The notes under the pieces are model-generated. The model searched no databases. It was not told the origin of the DNA and was given only the letters and a program-made list of their open reading frames with translations. 64,000 nt of DNA from Acidimicrobiales bacterium (GTDB lineage Bacteria > Actinomycetota > Acidimicrobiia > Acidimicrobiales > SHLQ01): assembly GCA_965216815.1 (NCBI GenBank), contig OZ244202.1, positions 1,233,762 to 1,297,761 on the forward strand, given 5' to 3'. Position 1 is the first letter of the stretch, and each line of letters starts with the position of its first letter. This document shows, piece after piece, positions 24,877-32,561 of the stretch. The translations under genes were made by a program, and so were the position numbers.

Positions 24877-26096
24877 CCCGCGTCGCCGTTCTGTCGCTGC
24901 ACTCCTCTCCGCTCACCCAGCCGGGCGTCGGCGACAGCGGTGGCATGAACGTCTACATCCGCGAGCTCGTCTCGTCGCTCGCACACGTCGGCATCCACTG
25001 CGACGTCTACGTGCGCAGGTGGAGCGACGATCTACCCGACGAGGTGGAGGTCGAACCGGGTTTCCGTGTCGTGCACGTGCGGGCCGGGCGCACCCAGCTC
25101 ACGAAGGAACGGCTGCCCGGCATCGTCGACGAGTTCGGGGCCGGAGTCCGTGACGACATCGTAAGGCGCGGAGGAGTAGACGTTCTGCACGCCAACTACT
25201 GGCTGAGCGGTGTGGTCGGCCATGCGCTCAAGCACGAACTCGACGTGCCGCTCGTGTCGACCTTTCACACGCTCGCTCGCGTCAAGGCCGACACCGGCGA
25301 CGCCGAGCCTCAACGCCGTGTCGCTGCGGAGACCGCGGTGATCGGGTGCAGCGACGTGATAGTCGCCAACGCGGTTGCAGAAGTCGATCAGCTCGTCGAG
25401 CTCTACGGCGCGACACGCGATCGGGTCGAGATCGTTCCTCCAGGCGTCGTGCACGCCTTCTTCTCGCCCGGCGACACCGCCGGTGCTCGCAGAGCTCTCG
25501 GACGCGACCCGGCTACGCCGACTTTGCTCTTCGTCGGTCGAATCCAGCCCCTGAAGGGCCTCGACGTCGCTGTGCGCGCCCTCGCGGAACTCGAACGCCG
25601 CGACGCCGAGCTGATCATCGTCGGCGGGGCCAGCGGTAGCGATGGGCCGAGTGAGCTGCGACGCATCCGGTCCCTCGTCGACGTTCTCGATCTGAAGGAC
25701 CGGGTCAGCTTCGTCGACCCCCAGCCTCACCACAGGCTCTCGACGTTCTATCGCGCTGCCGATGTGTGTTTGATGCCGTCGCGCTCGGAGTCGTTCGGTC
25801 TCGTCGCGCTCGAGGCGGCGGCATCGGGTGTTCCGGTGGTGGCGGCCGATGTGGGCGGGCTGAGCACCCTCGTTCAGCACGGGCGAACCGGATACTTGGT
25901 CGATGGACGAAACCCGGCAGAGTATGCCCGGTATGTCGACCGGATATTGGCCGACCCCGAGACGGCGACCGAACTCGCTGCCAACGCCTTCGAACGATCG
26001 AACGGTTTCACCTGGGCGGCTACCGCGGGGCGACTGCGCCGCATATACGGCGACGTGACCCGCCACGCATTGCTGCAGTGCGAAGCGGTGGGGTGA
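24873..26096 (+). CDS. mshA: D-inositol-3-phosphate glycosyltransferase (mycothiol biosynthesis)
   Basis: ORF 24873..26096. Motifs 'VAVLSLHSSPLTQPGVGDSGGMNVYIREL' and the GT4 C-terminal 'PSRSESFGLVALEAAASGVPVVA'. Confidence 0.9.
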   Translation: MTRVAVLSLHSSPLTQPGVGDSGGMNVYIRELVSSLAHVGIHCDVYVRRWSDDLPDEVEVEPGFRVVHVRAGRTQLTKERLPGIVDEFGAGVRDDIVRRGGVDVLHANYWLSGVVGHALKHELDVPLVSTFHTLARVKADTGDAEPQRRVAAETAVIGCSDVIVANAVAEVDQLVELYGATRDRVEIVPPGVVHAFFSPGDTAGARRALGRDPATPTLLFVGRIQPLKGLDVAVRALAELERRDAELIIVGGASGSDGPSELRRIRSLVDVLDLKDRVSFVDPQPHHRLSTFYRAADVCLMPSRSESFGLVALEAAASGVPVVAADVGGLSTLVQHGRTGYLVDGRNPAEYARYVDRILADPETATELAANAFERSNGFTWAATAGRLRRIYGDVTRHALLQCEAVG

Positions 26097-26545
26097 GAGA
26101 ACCCCGACCCGACGCCGAGGCGGGCGCCGCCGACGAGCTGCGTCGTTGGGGCGCGGCGACCCTCGCGGAGAACCCGGTCGTCGATGCCTTTATCGAGGAG
26201 CCACCGGCTCCCTGGCGCATGCGCTTTCGCGGTGAGGACAAGGACGTGTCGACGATCTACTTCACGCTCGCGCAGCGGTCGCTGCGATACGAGACGTTTT
26301 TCACCCCGGATCCGGAGGACGATCGGGAAGCTTGTTTCGCCTACCTCCTGGGCCGCAACGCCGACATGCGGCTGTTGCGCTTCTACGTCGGCGAGGAGCG
26401 GGCGATATTCCTCGGCGGTTCGACCCAGGTGCAACATGTCGATGCGGAGCTGCTCGACGCTGTGCTCGGCTCGTTCTACGAGGCGATCGAACGCAGCTTC
26501 CGCACGGTCTTGCGCATCGGCTTCGCCCGCCGAATGTCGCGCTAG
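26093..26545 (+). CDS. YbjN-domain protein
   Basis: GTG at 26093 overlaps the mshA stop (GTGA); tail of ORF 25766..26545. Sequence 'VSTIYFTLAQRSLRYETFFTPDP...FAYLLGRNADM'. This gene commonly follows mshA in actinobacteria. Confidence 0.7.
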   Translation: MREPRPDAEAGAADELRRWGAATLAENPVVDAFIEEPPAPWRMRFRGEDKDVSTIYFTLAQRSLRYETFFTPDPEDDREACFAYLLGRNADMRLLRFYVGEERAIFLGGSTQVQHVDAELLDAVLGSFYEAIERSFRTVLRIGFARRMSR

Positions 26546-26562
26546 CGCTCAGCCCGCTCTCC

Positions 26563-26593
26563 ATGAAGGTGACCGTCTCCCGGTCACCTTCAT
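26563..26593 (+). terminator. perfect 13-bp hairpin after the YbjN-like gene
   Basis: 'ATGAAGGTGACCG tctcc CGGTCACCTTCAT', 18 nt after the stop. No U-tract. Confidence 0.5.
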
Positions 26594-26649
26594 ACCCCTG
26601 TAAGCCGTGATATTGCGCCGACCGATATTACTGGCACCCCAGAATGTTA

Positions 26650-26678
26650 TTGCATTTCAATATATGTCATGTTATTCT
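26650..26678 (+). promoter_or_regulatory. candidate sigma-70-type promoter in an AT-rich island
   Basis: 'TTGCAT' (26650-55), 17-nt spacer, 'TATTCT' (26673-78). It sits in a locally AT-rich ~90-bp stretch (26600-26690) upstream of the M23 peptidase gene. Confidence 0.45.
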
Positions 26679-26703
26679 GAGTTTGGCTCCGAGGTCGAAA
26701 GAT

Positions 26704-27987
26704 GTGTCGGGACGATCGGGGAAGTTCGCGCTCGACCCTTGGACGGCCTCGGGGCCGCCGCGCCGATGGCGCGTTGCGATCCTGTTACGATCACCGGCCG
26801 TGCGTTCGCCTCGCCTACCGAGACGTGTCGCCGGCGTCGTCGTCGCCGGGCTCATGATCGGCACCCTGCCGGCAGCGGTGGCCGCCGAAAGCGACGACAT
26901 CCGCGCCGAACGCGATCGAGCCCGGGCCGCGGCGGCCCAGGCAGCCGAGGATCTCGAGCCGCTTCTCGCCGAGGACTCCGAGCTCGAGAAGGCGGTCGAC
27001 GACCTCACCATCTATGTCGACAACCAGCAGGCGATCGTCGACGCTGCGCAACAGGAGCTCGACGCGACCGAAGCGGCGATCGGCGATGCCGAGAGCCGAC
27101 TCGTCCGACTCGAACAGCAGCTCGAGCTTCTGCGAGACCAGCAGCGAGCGGCGTTGGTCAAGGAGTTCATCGGCATAGGCACCTCCGAGCGAGATCGCGT
27201 CCTGGAAGCGGGATCCGCGAACGAGGCGAACCGACGCTCGTTCATGTTCGATCTCGCCAACCACGAGAACGCGGACGCGGTCGACGACGTGCGCGCTGTC
27301 GAAGACGAGGTCGCCGCGCTCGAGCTGACGCTCGAAGGAGACCGCCAGAGAGTGGTCGAGCTTCGCGAGCGCGAACAGCAACGGCTCGATCAGCTCGAAG
27401 AGGCATTGGCCGCGCAAGAAAGCGCACAGGGGGCGCTCGACGACCGCATCGCCGCATTCCAGGCCGAGGTCGATGCGCTCGAGGCGGCGGCCGAGGAGCT
27501 CGAGGAAGATCTCGCCGCAGCGATAGAGGCAGAGGAGGCCGCGGCGCGGCCGGAGCCGCCGTCACCTGGCGAGGAGCCGCGTCCGAACGTCGAACCGCCG
27601 CCGAACGCACCCGAGTCGACCGAATCGCTGAGCTGGCCGGCGTCGGGCACACTCACGTCGCGGTTCGGTCCGCGCTGGGGGCGCAATCACAACGGCATCG
27701 ACATCGCGGCATCGACGGGCACGCCGGTCAGCGCGGCAGCCGCCGGAACGGTCCTGCGTGCGGGGAGCTACAGCGGGTACGGGCTCGTCGTGATGATCGA
27801 CCACGGCGATGGACTCGTGACCGTCTACGGGCATCACTCGAGCCTCGCGGTCACGACGGGGGAGCGGGTCTCGCGGGGCCAGCGCATCGGCGCGATGGGT
27901 TGCACCGGCAGCTGCACGGGACCGCATGTCCATTTCGAGACCCGCATCAACGGCGTTCCCTACGACCCGCTGCTCTTTCTCCCGTAG
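26704..27987 (+). CDS. secreted M23-family (LytM) peptidoglycan endopeptidase with N-terminal coiled-coil region
   Basis: ORF 26644..27987. The start is uncertain: GTG 26704 after 'GAGG', or GTG 26800 giving signal peptide 'VRSPRLPRRVAGVVVAGLMIGTLPAAVAAE'. C-terminal motifs 'HNGIDIAA', 'MIDHGDGLVTVYGH', 'GPHVHFE'. Confidence 0.85.
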   Translation: MSGRSGKFALDPWTASGPPRRWRVAILLRSPAVRSPRLPRRVAGVVVAGLMIGTLPAAVAAESDDIRAERDRARAAAAQAAEDLEPLLAEDSELEKAVDDLTIYVDNQQAIVDAAQQELDATEAAIGDAESRLVRLEQQLELLRDQQRAALVKEFIGIGTSERDRVLEAGSANEANRRSFMFDLANHENADAVDDVRAVEDEVAALELTLEGDRQRVVELREREQQRLDQLEEALAAQESAQGALDDRIAAFQAEVDALEAAAEELEEDLAAAIEAEEAAARPEPPSPGEEPRPNVEPPPNAPESTESLSWPASGTLTSRFGPRWGRNHNGIDIAASTGTPVSAAAAGTVLRAGSYSGYGLVVMIDHGDGLVTVYGHHSSLAVTTGERVSRGQRIGAMGCTGSCTGPHVHFETRINGVPYDPLLFLP

Positions 27988-28065
27988 CCCGAACCCCAGG
28001 GGTGTCAGGCAGCGAGCTCACAACGCACTGGACCAAGATCACTTGGAGCTCGGTGCCTGACACCG
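27986..28065 (+). repeat. short (80-bp) copy 3 of the ~155-bp repeat family (19-bp stem with 1 mismatch)
   Basis: 'AGCCCGAACCCCAGGGGTGTCAGGCAGCGAGCTC...GAGCTCGGTGCCTGACACCG'. The arms are 28001-28019 and 28046-28064. It lies between the M23 peptidase stop and proC. Confidence 0.8.
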
Positions 28066-28111
28066 ATCAGTGAAGGCAGTAGTCCGAAGTCTGGACGGGT
28101 AACTTGCCGGT

Positions 28112-28900
28112 ATGCAGGTTGTCGGTGGTGGGAAGATGGGTGGAGCCTTGGTCGGCGGAATCCGAGCCGATCAGCCCGATGCGAAAATCACCGTCGTCGA
28201 ACCAGACGAGGCGCGTCGGGCAGAACTCGCCACCGAGCTGCCCGGCGTTTCGGTGAGCGAGGTGCCGACCGATGACCCCGAGGTAGTGATCGCGGTCAAG
28301 CCCGACATCGTCGAGTCGGTCTGTCGAGTGCTCGGTGGCCTGGGCGTCAGGCGGGTTCTCTCGATTGCCGCCGGTGTCACGACCGAACGCATCGAAGCCG
28401 CTCTCGAAATCGACGCCGCCGTCGTTCGCGCCATGCCGAACACACCGGCGCTTGTCGGGGAGGGCATGGCCGCCATCTGTGCGGGCACCCGGGCAAAGCC
28501 CGACGATCTGTCCTGGGCGAGCTCGATTCTCGGAGCGGTCGGCGACGTTGTAGTAGTCGACGAGTCGGAACTCGACGCGGTGACGGGTGTGAGTGGCTCC
28601 GGCCCGGCCTACGTCTTCCTCCTCGCCGAGGCCCTCATCGATGCTGGCGTGGCCAACGGACTCGATGCCGCGACCTCGACGCGCCTGGTCGAACAAACAC
28701 TGCTCGGAGCTTCGACCCTTCTCGCTCGCTCCGTCGACGATGCGGCGATACTTCGCCGAAACGTGACCTCGCCCAACGGGACCACTGCAGCGGGGCTGGA
28801 GGTCTTCGCCGAACGGGGTTTCCACGCGCTGATCGGCGACGTCGTCAAAGCCGCGACCGAGCGTTCTCGTGAGCTCGGCCGGGCACAGCACGGGCACTGA
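28112..28900 (+). CDS. proC: pyrroline-5-carboxylate reductase
   Basis: ORF 28112..28900. Motifs 'VVGGGKMGGALVGG', 'RAMPNTPALVGEG', 'GSGPAYVFLLAEAL', 'VTSPNGTTAAGL'. Confidence 0.9.
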   Translation: MQVVGGGKMGGALVGGIRADQPDAKITVVEPDEARRAELATELPGVSVSEVPTDDPEVVIAVKPDIVESVCRVLGGLGVRRVLSIAAGVTTERIEAALEIDAAVVRAMPNTPALVGEGMAAICAGTRAKPDDLSWASSILGAVGDVVVVDESELDAVTGVSGSGPAYVFLLAEALIDAGVANGLDAATSTRLVEQTLLGASTLLARSVDDAAILRRNVTSPNGTTAAGLEVFAERGFHALIGDVVKAATERSRELGRAQHGH

Positions 28901-29759
28901 TCCGGTGGAAACCCGATACGGCACGGTGTCGTTCCTGTCCGACTTCGGGTATGCCGACGAATTCGTCGGAGTGGTGCACTCGGTCATCAAGTCGATCGCA
29001 CCGGCGGTGACGATCGTCGATGTGACACACGGCATCGCTCGACACGACGTGCGCGCCGGTGGACTCGCCCTCGCCCGGGCAGCGCAGTATCTGTGCCCCG
29101 GTGTCGTCGTTGCGGTGGTCGACCCCGGCGTCGGCTCGACGCGGCGTGCCGTCGCCGTCGAGGTCGGCGACGGAGACTCGATCCTCGTCGGGCCCGACAA
29201 CGGGCTTCTCGCACCGGCGGTCGCACTGGTCGGGGGGGCGAGTCGAGCGGTCGAGATCACGAGTGCCGAGCACCGGCTGGCCGGCGCCGGGTCGACCTTC
29301 GACGGACGCGACGTCTTCGCACCGGCCGCCGCGCACCTGTGCAACGGAGTCTCGCTCGACTCGCTCGGTCCTGCGATCGATCCGGCGACGCTCATGCCGA
29401 GCACAGTCCCCGTGCCCGAGATCTCCGACGACGAGGTCATCGCTTCGATCATCTGGATCGACGCGTTCGGCAACGCGCAACTCAACGTCGGGCGCGACGA
29501 TCTGGTCGGCCCAGGGCCATGGTTAACCCGTATCGGCGACGACACACGGGTCGTCGCTCATCATGCGACCTACGGCGACATCCCGTCGTCGCAGCCCGGT
29601 CTCGTCACCGACTCGCAAGGTCTGCTCGCACTCTGCATCGACCGGGGTGACGCCTCGGTCGAGCTCGCGCTGAACGAGGGAACCGAGATCGTCTTCACCG
29701 AGGCTGACGCGCCCGCCCCAGTTCGCGTCGACCTCGACAACCCAGCTACAAGGAACTGA
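28869..29759 (+). CDS. SAM hydroxide adenosyltransferase / SAM hydrolase family protein (DUF62)
   Basis: ORF 28869..29759. Motifs 'VSFLSDFGYADEFVGVVHSVI', 'VVDPGVGSTRRAV', 'LVGPDNGLL', 'IIWIDAFGNAQLN'. The start may be slightly downstream. Confidence 0.8.
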   Translation: MSSAGHSTGTDPVETRYGTVSFLSDFGYADEFVGVVHSVIKSIAPAVTIVDVTHGIARHDVRAGGLALARAAQYLCPGVVVAVVDPGVGSTRRAVAVEVGDGDSILVGPDNGLLAPAVALVGGASRAVEITSAEHRLAGAGSTFDGRDVFAPAAAHLCNGVSLDSLGPAIDPATLMPSTVPVPEISDDEVIASIIWIDAFGNAQLNVGRDDLVGPGPWLTRIGDDTRVVAHHATYGDIPSSQPGLVTDSQGLLALCIDRGDASVELALNEGTEIVFTEADAPAPVRVDLDNPATRN

Positions 29760-29761
29760 CA

Positions 29762-29851
29762 ATGCGTCCCGGAACCACGATCGTCCTCGCAATTCTGCTC
29801 ATCATGATTCTCGGAGCGGCCGTCATACAGTTCGTGCTGCAGGCGGGATGA
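29762..29851 (+). CDS. candidate 29-aa single-TM micro-protein
   Basis: 'AAGGAA' lies 7 nt before the ATG at 29762. Product 'MRPGTTIVLAILLIMILGAAVIQFVLQAG*'. It starts 2 nt after the upstream stop. Below the ORF-track cut-off. Confidence 0.3.
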   Translation: MRPGTTIVLAILLIMILGAAVIQFVLQAG

Positions 29852-29859
29852 CCCCCGGG

Positions 29860-30675
29860 TCAGACGCCGGCGATGAGGTTCGTGCGAGCGAAGCGCCTTC
29901 GACCGCGGGATATCAGTGCCAGGGCGACAACCCACACGAGCGTTCCGATCGCGACGGCTACAGGCGCATCGACGAGCAGGATGCCCGTCGACTGCCCGAC
30001 GAGCAGGAAGATCAGCGGGAGGATCACGGCGCCGCCCAACTGGTTGGCCTCCTGGGTCGTCTTCGCACGGGCGGAGATGCGGATCATGACACCGATGCCG
30101 AGAGCTGCCACCGCCGGAGCGACCCAGAGGATCATCACCAGCCAGAGGTCGGTCGGCACGAATACCCGGCCGAGCACGGGCCAGGCGGTCACGTTGGCGA
30201 CTACGCAGAACGCGGCGAACCCGATCCAGGAGACGGCAACGGCAGGCACGTAGGCGGTGAGGAACTTGGCTGCGAACAGATCGTCGTCGGAGATCGGTTG
30301 GTGCAGCAATCCTTCGAGCGTGCGCCGTTCCTTCTCCCCGGCGAAGGCGTCGGCGGCGACGACAGCGGAGACCATGAGTGGAACGATCAGGAACAGCGGA
30401 GCCAGCAGGTAGCCGTTGACCAGAATGACGAGCCGCTCTTCGGGTGGGTGCGAACGGACGGTGTCGGCCAGCGCCCCGGGAAGTGAATCAAGAATTCCGT
30501 CGATGTCGACCTCGCCGCGTGCAGCGGCCGCGATGCCGAGCATCAACGGGAGAACGACGAGCAGCAACGTGGGCACGAGAAGCATCGGCAGGAAGATCGC
30601 CTTGGCCCGCCTTATGGCGGTGAGGTCCTTGCGAACGATTGCCGCGACGCCGTCGCGGTGCTCGACGCGGATCAC
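29860..30675 (-). CDS. ABC-2-type transporter permease
   Basis: GTG at 30675 overlaps the ATPase stop (GTGA); within ORF 29860..31089. Six hydrophobic segments, 'AFAGEKERRTLEGLL'. Confidence 0.75.
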   Translation of the reverse strand: MIRVEHRDGVAAIVRKDLTAIRRAKAIFLPMLLVPTLLLVVLPLMLGIAAAARGEVDIDGILDSLPGALADTVRSHPPEERLVILVNGYLLAPLFLIVPLMVSAVVAADAFAGEKERRTLEGLLHQPISDDDLFAAKFLTAYVPAVAVSWIGFAAFCVVANVTAWPVLGRVFVPTDLWLVMILWVAPAVAALGIGVMIRISARAKTTQEANQLGGAVILPLIFLLVGQSTGILLVDAPVAVAIGTLVWVVALALISRGRRRFARTNLIAGV

Positions 30676-31658
30676 GGCGCAGCCACCGTCGGCTCTGCCG
30701 GCGCCACGGCGGGTGTCGAAGCCCGCGCCGAACGCGAGAGGACTTCGAAATAGACGTCCTCGAGACATGGAGTGCGCACGGCCGCCTCGAAGACGTCGTG
30801 TCCGCCGCCGATCAACTCGCGCATCAGAACGGGGACGACGTCGCGGTCGCCGACCCGGACCCGCAGTTGGCACCCAGAAACTGCAGCCTTGGTCACCCCG
30901 GGCGTGCGACGCGACAGCTCGACCGCAGCGTCTCCGTCGCAACCTCTGCCGAGCTCGATCTCGACGGGAACATCGGACCAGAGCTGCCCGACCAGATCGC
31001 CCAGATGACCGTTGGCCAGGACGGAACCGTGCTCGAGGACGACGATGCGGGCCGGCAGGCGTTCGGCTTCGGCCAACACGTGTGTACACAGCACGATGGT
31101 CCGGCCCCGCTCCGCGGCGAGCATCTCGATCAATTCGGTCACCTCACGAGTCGACGTCGGATCGAGACCCGACGTCGGTTCGTCGAGAAAGAGCACCTCC
31201 GGGTCGTCGAGCAGCGCCCTCGCCAGCGCGACCCGCTTGCGCTGGCCTGTTGAGAACCCGTTGGTGAGACGATGCCGCGAATTGGCGATGCCGAACTGGT
31301 CGAGCAGCGTCTCAATCCGCTCCTCCGTGAGATCGGCGGACATGCCGCGCAGTCCGGCGACGAGCCTGAGGTTCTCGTCTGTGGTGAGCCGGTCGTCGAG
31401 GCCCGCGTGTTCGGTGAGCACGCCGGTTCGGGCGCGTACGAGATTCCCTTCGCTCGCAGGATCGAGTCCGAGCACCCGCGTCGAACCCGAGTCGGGGAGG
31501 AGGATGCCGTTGAGGAGTCGAATCGTCGTCGTCTTGCCGGCTCCGTTCGGTCCGAGAAGCGCAACGATCTCACCGGGTTCGATATCGAGATCGAGCCCGT
31601 CGAGTGCCACCTCGTCACCGAAGGTGCGGACGACCTGTCTTGCTTCGATTGCGGCCAT
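30672..31658 (-). CDS. ABC transporter ATP-binding protein
   Basis: ATG at 31658 within ORF 30672..31970. Walker A 'GPNGAGKTT', signature 'FSTGQRKR', Walker B 'LFLDEPTSGLD'. Confidence 0.9.
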   Translation of the reverse strand: MAAIEARQVVRTFGDEVALDGLDLDIEPGEIVALLGPNGAGKTTTIRLLNGILLPDSGSTRVLGLDPASEGNLVRARTGVLTEHAGLDDRLTTDENLRLVAGLRGMSADLTEERIETLLDQFGIANSRHRLTNGFSTGQRKRVALARALLDDPEVLFLDEPTSGLDPTSTREVTELIEMLAAERGRTIVLCTHVLAEAERLPARIVVLEHGSVLANGHLGDLVGQLWSDVPVEIELGRGCDGDAAVELSRRTPGVTKAAVSGCQLRVRVGDRDVVPVLMRELIGGGHDVFEAAVRTPCLEDVYFEVLSRSARASTPAVAPAEPTVAAP

Positions 31659-31662
31659 CGAC

Positions 31663-32409
31663 TCAGTGGTTCTGTGCGACCGCGACGAGGGCCTCGACCA
31701 GATCGCCGATCTGGGCGGGCGCCACGCGCGGTTGGGGCGGCGCTGTCGTGGTCGTAGCAGCCGTGGTCGTGGTCGTCTGCGGGCCTGGATCGGGTTGCGC
31801 CGGTTGGGACGGGGCAGGAGCCGGAGCGGCCGTCGGCGGTGGCTGAGGGGCGGTGGGTGGCGGGGCGGGTGCCTCGGTCGGCGGCGGGGGAGGTGGCGCC
31901 GGGGCGGGTTCGGACGCCAGCTGCATGAAGCGATGGGTCGTGTAGAGCACGTCTCCTTCGCGCACGACACCGACGCCGAGGTGGGTGTATGCGGGGTCGA
32001 GGACGTTGGCCCGATGACCGGGCGAGTTCATGAAGGCGTCCATTACCGACGCGACGCTTGGGCCGACGCCGACGTTTTCGCCGAGTTTCTGCCAATCGGC
32101 CGTGATTCCCGCGCTGATCGGGTTGGCATGGCTTATCTGACCTGCGGCCGCCATTTGGTGCGACCACGACCGGCTGGCTTCCACAAGCTCGTTGTGGACG
32201 GTGAGAGGCGGCAGGCCGGCGCCCGAGCGATGTGAGTTGACCAGCGCCACGAACTCGGATTCCTCGCCGGGGCTGAGGTCGGCGGAGCTGGCCGGAGATG
32301 CGCTCGCAACGGCTGCCGCGAGAGCGACGATCATCGTGATGAGAATCAGTGCGCGAGGACTCCGGCGACGAACGGTGCCGGGGTGTCGTCCATTCGAGAT
32401 GCTCGCCAC
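31663..32409 (-). CDS. secreted CAP/SCP (PR-1-like) domain protein with Pro/Thr-rich C-terminal region
   Basis: ORF 31663..32409. Signal peptide 'ALILITMIVALAAAVASA'. CAP motifs 'LVNSHRSGAGLPPL', 'GENVG', 'NSPGHRANVLDPAYTHLGVGV'. The stop is 5 nt before the ABC ATPase start. Confidence 0.8.
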   Translation of the reverse strand: MASISNGRHPGTVRRRSPRALILITMIVALAAAVASASPASSADLSPGEESEFVALVNSHRSGAGLPPLTVHNELVEASRSWSHQMAAAGQISHANPISAGITADWQKLGENVGVGPSVASVMDAFMNSPGHRANVLDPAYTHLGVGVVREGDVLYTTHRFMQLASEPAPAPPPPPPTEAPAPPPTAPQPPPTAAPAPAPSQPAQPDPGPQTTTTTAATTTTAPPQPRVAPAQIGDLVEALVAVAQNH

Positions 32410-32561
32410 TTCTACCCTTCGTGCCCGCGATGTCCGGAACCGCGCAACGCGGTCCTACAAAGGACATCGGCTCGATGGACCCCCATCTTGAGGATGCGCC
32501 GCGGTCCGAGCCGACGGAGGTTCGAGATTCGCGATCGTCGTGTTTCTCATAGAGTGACGCG

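Noticed and set aside
26680-26800. ydaO/c-di-AMP riboswitch upstream of the M23 cell-wall hydrolase.
   Set aside because: I could not find the conserved 'AAUC', 'ACGGGGA..CC' or 'CCCGA..AGCUAAC' blocks. Only a generic stem (GAGGTCGA/TCGACC) is present.
26607-28073. 488-aa plus-strand ORF overlapping the M23 peptidase gene.
   Set aside because: It is an Arg-rich off-frame product. The 26644 frame contains the coiled-coil region and the HxxxD/HxH M23 catalytic motifs.
28067-29545. 492-aa minus-strand ORF antisense to proC and the DUF62 gene.
   Set aside because: It is Ser/Thr/Arg/Pro-rich with no motifs. Both sense genes are unambiguous.
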